From the sequence record KY555144.1: 64,000 bases of DNA. One strand, written 5' to 3'. This document shows, piece by piece, positions 59,902 to 64,000 of the stretch. The first letter of the stretch is position 1; each line of letters begins with the position of its first letter. The notes below the pieces were generated by a model. The model was not told the DNA's origin. It searched no databases and saw nothing but the letters and a program-made list of their open reading frames with translations. The position numbers and the translations under genes are program-made.

Positions 59902-61932
59902 ATGGATTTCCACGTCTTTAAGACGGCCGTCGCCAAGCAGTGGGCCGCGATGACCAAGGATGACGCGACCCTGTTCCGCGTCGACGTCGACAAGGACCTC
60001 CTGTGGTCGACCTATCTGGGGGCGTTCCCGGCCGGAACCGACCCGATCTTCCGCGAGCGCTCCGAGCACGACTGCTCGTGCTGCCGCAACTTCATCCGCA
60101 ACGCCGGCGACGCCGTGGCGGTGGTGAACGGTCAGATCGTGACGATCTGGGATGGCAAGATCGAGGGCGAGCCGGCCTACCAGCAGGTCGCCGCCACCCT
60201 GGCGGCCCTGGTCCGCTCGCGCCCGGTGCGCGACATCTTCCTGCACGACCAGAAGACCATCGGGACCGACAAGAACGTCGAGACCATGCTGGGCGGCGAC
60301 GTCACCTGGAACCACTTCTTCGTCAATGTCCCCTCGCGCTTCGTCAAGAAGGGCAAGGACATCCCGACCGCGCTCCACATCCCGCGCACCGCGCAGGAGA
60401 CGCTCCTGCGCGCCGTGACCGAGATCACCGACGAGGCGATCGACACGGTGCTGGACCTGATCGCCCAGAACGCGCTCTATCGCGGGGCCGAACACAAGTC
60501 GGCGGTGGTGGCGTTCCAGAAGGCCAAGAAGACCTTCGAGGGCCTGTCGGCCGCCGACAAGGCGCTGAAGGCCTGGGTCAACGTCACCAATGGGGAAATC
60601 TGGGGCTCGGTCTCGGGCATCCGGAGCACGGTGATCGGCTCGCTGCTGGTCGACCTGTCGGCTGACGTCGACCTGGAGGACGCGGTCAAGAAGTTCGAGG
60701 CCAAGGTCGCGCCGCACAACTACAAGCGCACGACCGCCCTGGTGACCAAGAAGCAGATCGAAAACGCCAAGAAGACGATCTCCGACCTCGGCCTGACCTC
60801 GGCCCTGGAACGGCGCTACGCCGTCCTCAAGGACGTGTCGATCAACGACGTGCTGTTCGCCGACCGCGACGCCAAGTCGGTGATGAACGACGTCTTCGAC
60901 GATCTGGCCGCCGACGTCGCCGAGAAGACCAAGTCCTACGACAAGATCGAGGAGGTCTCGATCGACAAGTTCCTGTCCGACATTCTCCCGAGGGTGTCGA
61001 GCGTCGAGGCCCTGGTCGAGAACCGCCTGACGAGCAATTTCGTCAGCCTGATCGCGCCGGTCGATCCGACCGCCGGCTCCCTCTTCAAGTGGGGGAACAA
61101 CTTCTCCTGGTCCTATGCCGGGGAGGTGGCAGACTCGATCAAGGCCCGCGTCAAGGCGGCCGGCGGCAACGTCACCGGCGATCTCTGCTGCCGTCTGGCG
61201 TGGTTCAACTATGACGACCTCGACTTCCACATGAAGGAACCGGGCGGCAACCTGATCTACTTCCGCCAGAAGTCCTCGCCCTACACGGGCGGGCGCCTCG
61301 ACGTCGACATGAACGCCGGTGGGGGCCATACCCGCGAGCCGGTCGAGAACATCTTCTACGGCGACCGCCGGACGATGAAGGAAGGCGTCTACGAACTGAT
61401 GGTCCATCAGTACAGCAAGCGCGAGTCCAGCAACGTCGGCTTCGAGGTGGAGATCGACTACCTGGGCTCGGTCACCCGCTACGCCTACACCACGGCCCTG
61501 CGCCAGGAGCAGGTCGTCAAGGTGGCGCAGTTCAAGTACAGCCACGCGCGCGGCATCGAGTTCATCTCCTCGCTCCCGGCCTCGTCGGCGAGCAAGGACG
61601 TCTGGGGCGTGAAGACCGAGACCTTCCGCAGGGTCAACGTCATCATGCTCTCGCCCAACCACTGGGAAGGCGAGCCGGGCGTGGGGAACAAGCACTGGTT
61701 CTTCATGCTGGACGGAGGCGTCAACGAGGACGGCGCCCGTGGCTTCTACAACGAGTTCCTGAAGGATAGCCTCACGCCCCACCGTCGCGTCTTCGAGATG
61801 CTGGGGTCCAAGCTGAAGCCCGCGCCGGCGACTGAACAACTCTCCGGCCTGGGCTTCTCCTCGACCAAGCGCGACGAACTCGTCGTGCGCGTCAAGGGGG
61901 CCTTCACGCGTACCCTCAAGATCAAATTCTAA
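59902..61932 (+). CDS. large conserved phage protein (EHDCSCC N-terminus; C-terminal DUF2135/YfaP-like domain)
   Basis: HDCSCCRNFI; W...DDLD.H..EP.G..IY...GG.LDVD.N...PVENI; start moved to ATG 59902 after SD AAAGGGG. Confidence 0.8.
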   Translation: MDFHVFKTAVAKQWAAMTKDDATLFRVDVDKDLLWSTYLGAFPAGTDPIFRERSEHDCSCCRNFIRNAGDAVAVVNGQIVTIWDGKIEGEPAYQQVAATLAALVRSRPVRDIFLHDQKTIGTDKNVETMLGGDVTWNHFFVNVPSRFVKKGKDIPTALHIPRTAQETLLRAVTEITDEAIDTVLDLIAQNALYRGAEHKSAVVAFQKAKKTFEGLSAADKALKAWVNVTNGEIWGSVSGIRSTVIGSLLVDLSADVDLEDAVKKFEAKVAPHNYKRTTALVTKKQIENAKKTISDLGLTSALERRYAVLKDVSINDVLFADRDAKSVMNDVFDDLAADVAEKTKSYDKIEEVSIDKFLSDILPRVSSVEALVENRLTSNFVSLIAPVDPTAGSLFKWGNNFSWSYAGEVADSIKARVKAAGGNVTGDLCCRLAWFNYDDLDFHMKEPGGNLIYFRQKSSPYTGGRLDVDMNAGGGHTREPVENIFYGDRRTMKEGVYELMVHQYSKRESSNVGFEVEIDYLGSVTRYAYTTALRQEQVVKVAQFKYSHARGIEFISSLPASSASKDVWGVKTETFRRVNVIMLSPNHWEGEPGVGNKHWFFMLDGGVNEDGARGFYNEFLKDSLTPHRRVFEMLGSKLKPAPATEQLSGLGFSSTKRDELVVRVKGAFTRTLKIKF

Positions 61933-61951
61933 CGGAAGGACCTGAAAGACC

Positions 61952-62374
61952 ATGAGCACCGACCTCTTCGAGATCGCCGCGCGCGAGAAGTTCCGCTTCG
62001 AAAGCCCCAAGGGCCTCCTGGGCGTGGAAGAACTGTTCGACCTGCCGCTGACCAGCACCGTCGCCGGCAAGGCCAACCTGAACGATATCGCCGTCGACCT
62101 GTTCAAGCAGATCAAGGACCTCGACAACATCTCGTTCGTCACGCCCAAGAAGGTCGACCCCTCGATCGGCCAACGCCTGGACATCGTCAAGCGGGTGATC
62201 GAGATCAAGCAGGCCGAGAACGCGGCCAAGCTGAAGACCGCCCAGGACAAGGAGACCCTGCGCATCCTGGACGAGGCGATCGCCGCCAAGAAGTCCGAGA
62301 AGATCGCCGGCACCTCGCTGGAAGACCTCGAAGCCCAGCGCGCGGCCTTGCTCTCGGGCGGCGCCTCCGCCTAA
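61952..62374 (+). CDS. conserved phage hypothetical coiled-coil protein
   Basis: LFE.A.R.KFRF.S.KG.L.VE.LFDLPL...L.D.A; SD AAGGA. Confidence 0.85.
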   Translation: MSTDLFEIAAREKFRFESPKGLLGVEELFDLPLTSTVAGKANLNDIAVDLFKQIKDLDNISFVTPKKVDPSIGQRLDIVKRVIEIKQAENAAKLKTAQDKETLRILDEAIAAKKSEKIAGTSLEDLEAQRAALLSGGASA

Positions 62375-62400
62375 GCCTTCGGGCGGGCTGACATAGGCGC

Positions 62401-62461
62401 TTGACAACACTCTCGCGCCAACATAGAAGGGCCTCCGACGACAACGCCGGAGGCCCTTTTC
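62401..62461 (+). promoter_or_regulatory. family promoter cassette (near-identical subfamily; hairpin + U4)
   Basis: TTGACAACACTCTCGCGCCAACATAG-AAGGGCCTCC-GACGACAACGCC-GGAGGCCCTT-TTCATG. Confidence 0.9.
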
Positions 62462-62770
62462 ATGACCGAGATTAGCTGCACCACGCCGGTTCCGAATAAT
62501 CCGCGCTACGTGATTGTTACCGTCGATGGTCGGAAATATCGTTTCTCAGCGGCTGAGCGACGCCGACGCGGCGATGTCGTGATCAACTATGTGCTCGGAA
62601 GTCGAAAGGGCAAATGGGGCCAGTCGACCGATTGGGTCTCCCTGCCCCAAGGCCCCAAGCGCCGGACGGTGGTCTCCTCGGCCGCCGAGTTTCTCGCTTC
62701 GTCCCCAGACATTCCGGCTGAAGAACAGTCGGTCTGGGCCGGAGTCGCCTTTGCGAACCTCGCCCAATGA
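62462..62770 (+). CDS. hypothetical protein with atypical codon usage
   Basis: First gene after a cassette; many A/T-ending codons. Confidence 0.72.
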   Translation: MTEISCTTPVPNNPRYVIVTVDGRKYRFSAAERRRRGDVVINYVLGSRKGKWGQSTDWVSLPQGPKRRTVVSSAAEFLASSPDIPAEEQSVWAGVAFANLAQ

Positions 62771-63219
62771 CCTATCCCATCCAGATCGATCCCGCGATCC
62801 TCGCCCTGGGCGCCGCCTGGAAGGCGGCTGACATCCTGGAGCGCGACCTGCGCGCCAAATGGACCTACGACAGCCACGACCGCGTCACCTACGAGGCCTG
62901 GAAGCTCGCCGACGACGCGCGCAACGCCGCCTTCAAGGCGATGACCTACGCTATGCCCGATCCGGGCAAGCCGGTGTTCATCAGCCCAAGCGACTGGCTG
63001 GCCCAGCAGGACAACTGGCGCACCTACTATGCGCCGGTGAAGGCCTGGAACTCGGCGCCGCACTGGAACAACTGGTACCCGTGCCTGGGCCACTATGAGT
63101 TCAACGCCCACACCGGCGAGCACTTCTACCGTGGGGCCGAGATGTACGACCGCTGCATCGAGGAGGCCGTCCGGCGCAATGCCGAGTACGCGGCATACTA
63201 CGCCAAGAAGGCCGCCTGA
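62767..63219 (+). CDS. hypothetical aromatic-rich protein
   Basis: Coupled 150-aa ORF. Confidence 0.8.
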   Translation: MTYPIQIDPAILALGAAWKAADILERDLRAKWTYDSHDRVTYEAWKLADDARNAAFKAMTYAMPDPGKPVFISPSDWLAQQDNWRTYYAPVKAWNSAPHWNNWYPCLGHYEFNAHTGEHFYRGAEMYDRCIEEAVRRNAEYAAYYAKKAA

Positions 63220-63220
63220 C

Positions 63221-63469
63221 ATGACCAAGTCCGTCCAGGTCCAGCGCGGCAAGACCACCTACCACGTCACCTTCGACGAGGCTGGGCAGGTCTCGTCGAT
63301 CATCGGCGTCGCGGTGGTCGGCAAGGTCCCGCGCTACAAGGGCGGCACGCGCCGCGTCACCTATTCCGGCAGCGGCAACGGCTGGCACGCCAGCGCCGGC
63401 CGCCCCATCCCCATGCAGCTTCGCCCGATCGCGGACGAGGCGTTCCAGATCAAGGAGGCCCAGTCTTGA
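63221..63469 (+). CDS. hypothetical protein
   Basis: MTKSVQVQRG... Confidence 0.75.
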   Translation: MTKSVQVQRGKTTYHVTFDEAGQVSSIIGVAVVGKVPRYKGGTRRVTYSGSGNGWHASAGRPIPMQLRPIADEAFQIKEAQS

Positions 63470-64000
63470 GCGACTTCCAGCTTTCCGCCCAGCACCAGCG
63501 GATCGTCAACAACACGATCGACGCGCTGGACTATCTCTTTCGGCGCAATGGCGAGCCGTCCTCGGGCGGTGAGATGCCGTTCAACCGCCTCGATCTCGGG
63601 AGCATCGCCGACAACATCTCGGCCGTCCTGGCGGTGCTCCCCAGCCACGCCGACATCCTGACGAAGTACCTCTTCATCGCCCAGGGGCTGCTTCGCGAGA
63701 TCGCCAACTATCACGCGGCCAAGCCCGACGAACTGCGCCGGATGGCGCAGGCCCTGCGCCCCTACTACAAAACCCGCGCCGCCGGCGGCCTGTCGCCGGC
63801 CGCCCAGCAGACCCTTGACTTCATGGTCGAGGGCCTTCGCTTCCTGGCTGAAAACGACTGCGAGCCCCCGTCGGGCGGCGAGCAGATGTACAACCGTATC
63901 TCGCTCCTGAGCCGCACCGGCTCGGACGCCAAGCGCCTGCGCCAGGAGGCGCCCAACCTCGCCGTGGTGATCACCCAGGTCGAGGCCCTGTTCATCGACC
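63466..64000 (+). CDS. hypothetical protein with internal repeat, runs off the right edge
   Basis: TTG after AAGGAGG; open to base 64000; two copies of L.(Y/F)L...EP.SGGE..(F/Y)NR..L. Confidence 0.78.
   Translation, partial: MSDFQLSAQHQRIVNNTIDALDYLFRRNGEPSSGGEMPFNRLDLGSIADNISAVLAVLPSHADILTKYLFIAQGLLREIANYHAAKPDELRRMAQALRPYYKTRAAGGLSPAAQQTLDFMVEGLRFLAENDCEPPSGGEQMYNRISLLSRTGSDAKRLRQEAPNLAVVITQVEALFID

Noticed and set aside
59854-62313. Long antisense/shadow ORFs (e.g. 59854-62313 minus, 35938-37806 plus, 12193-13869 plus, 4148-5557 plus, 16775-18205 plus, 40975-42240 minus)
   Set aside because: They mirror real genes on the other strand; high GC3 codon bias removes antisense stops; they have no SD or promoter and no recognisable motifs.
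62375-62389. GCC-TTCG-GGC hairpin as a terminator
   Set aside because: The stem is only 3-4 bp with no U tract; the hairpin + U4 in the following cassette is the better candidate.
1-64000. Dispersed GACGACAAC/GTGTTGACA repeats as a CRISPR array or integron attC cassettes
   Set aside because: The copies are kilobases apart with no regular spacers; no cas or integrase gene was seen; the positions are fully explained by promoter geometry.

Overview
The window is GC-rich, almost fully coding DNA from a large phage of an alphaproteobacterial host, most likely a phiCbK-like Caulobacter phage (inferred from a GcrA homologue, an alpha-type XRE regulator, RtcB and NAMPT/NadM-Nudix; no database search was run). 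It looks like the early/host-takeover region. About 78 genes run leftward from ~39.2 kb and about 56 run rightward, and no virion or replication genes were recognised. Recognisable functions are NAD salvage (NAMPT + NMNAT-Nudix, NARP2-like), RNA/translation rescue (RtcB, PTH2, HD hydrolase, MazG-like), ArdC, two HNH nucleases, an SPFH lipoprotein, GcrA, XRE, HAD and metallophosphoesterase phosphatases, an Ntn-hydrolase, and a protein ending in a PEP-utiliser phosphohistidine domain. The strongest unexplained structure is non-coding: about 22 dispersed promoter cassettes with the architecture TGGC(G/T)-N5-GTG-TTGACA-N17-TA(G/A)AAG-N6-8-(G)ACGACAAC-SD-start. The ACGACAAC motif sits at the predicted +1. 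In several copies it is the loop of a hairpin that would hide the Shine-Dalgarno only in read-through RNA, and four copies are near-identical mosaics of each other. A ~215-nt unit with its own promoter and terminator but no credible ORF (1078-1296, minus) is a candidate phage ncRNA. No tRNA, rRNA or CRISPR array was seen. Functional calls come from motif recognition by eye, and many starts were re-assigned using SD sites and stop/start overlaps.
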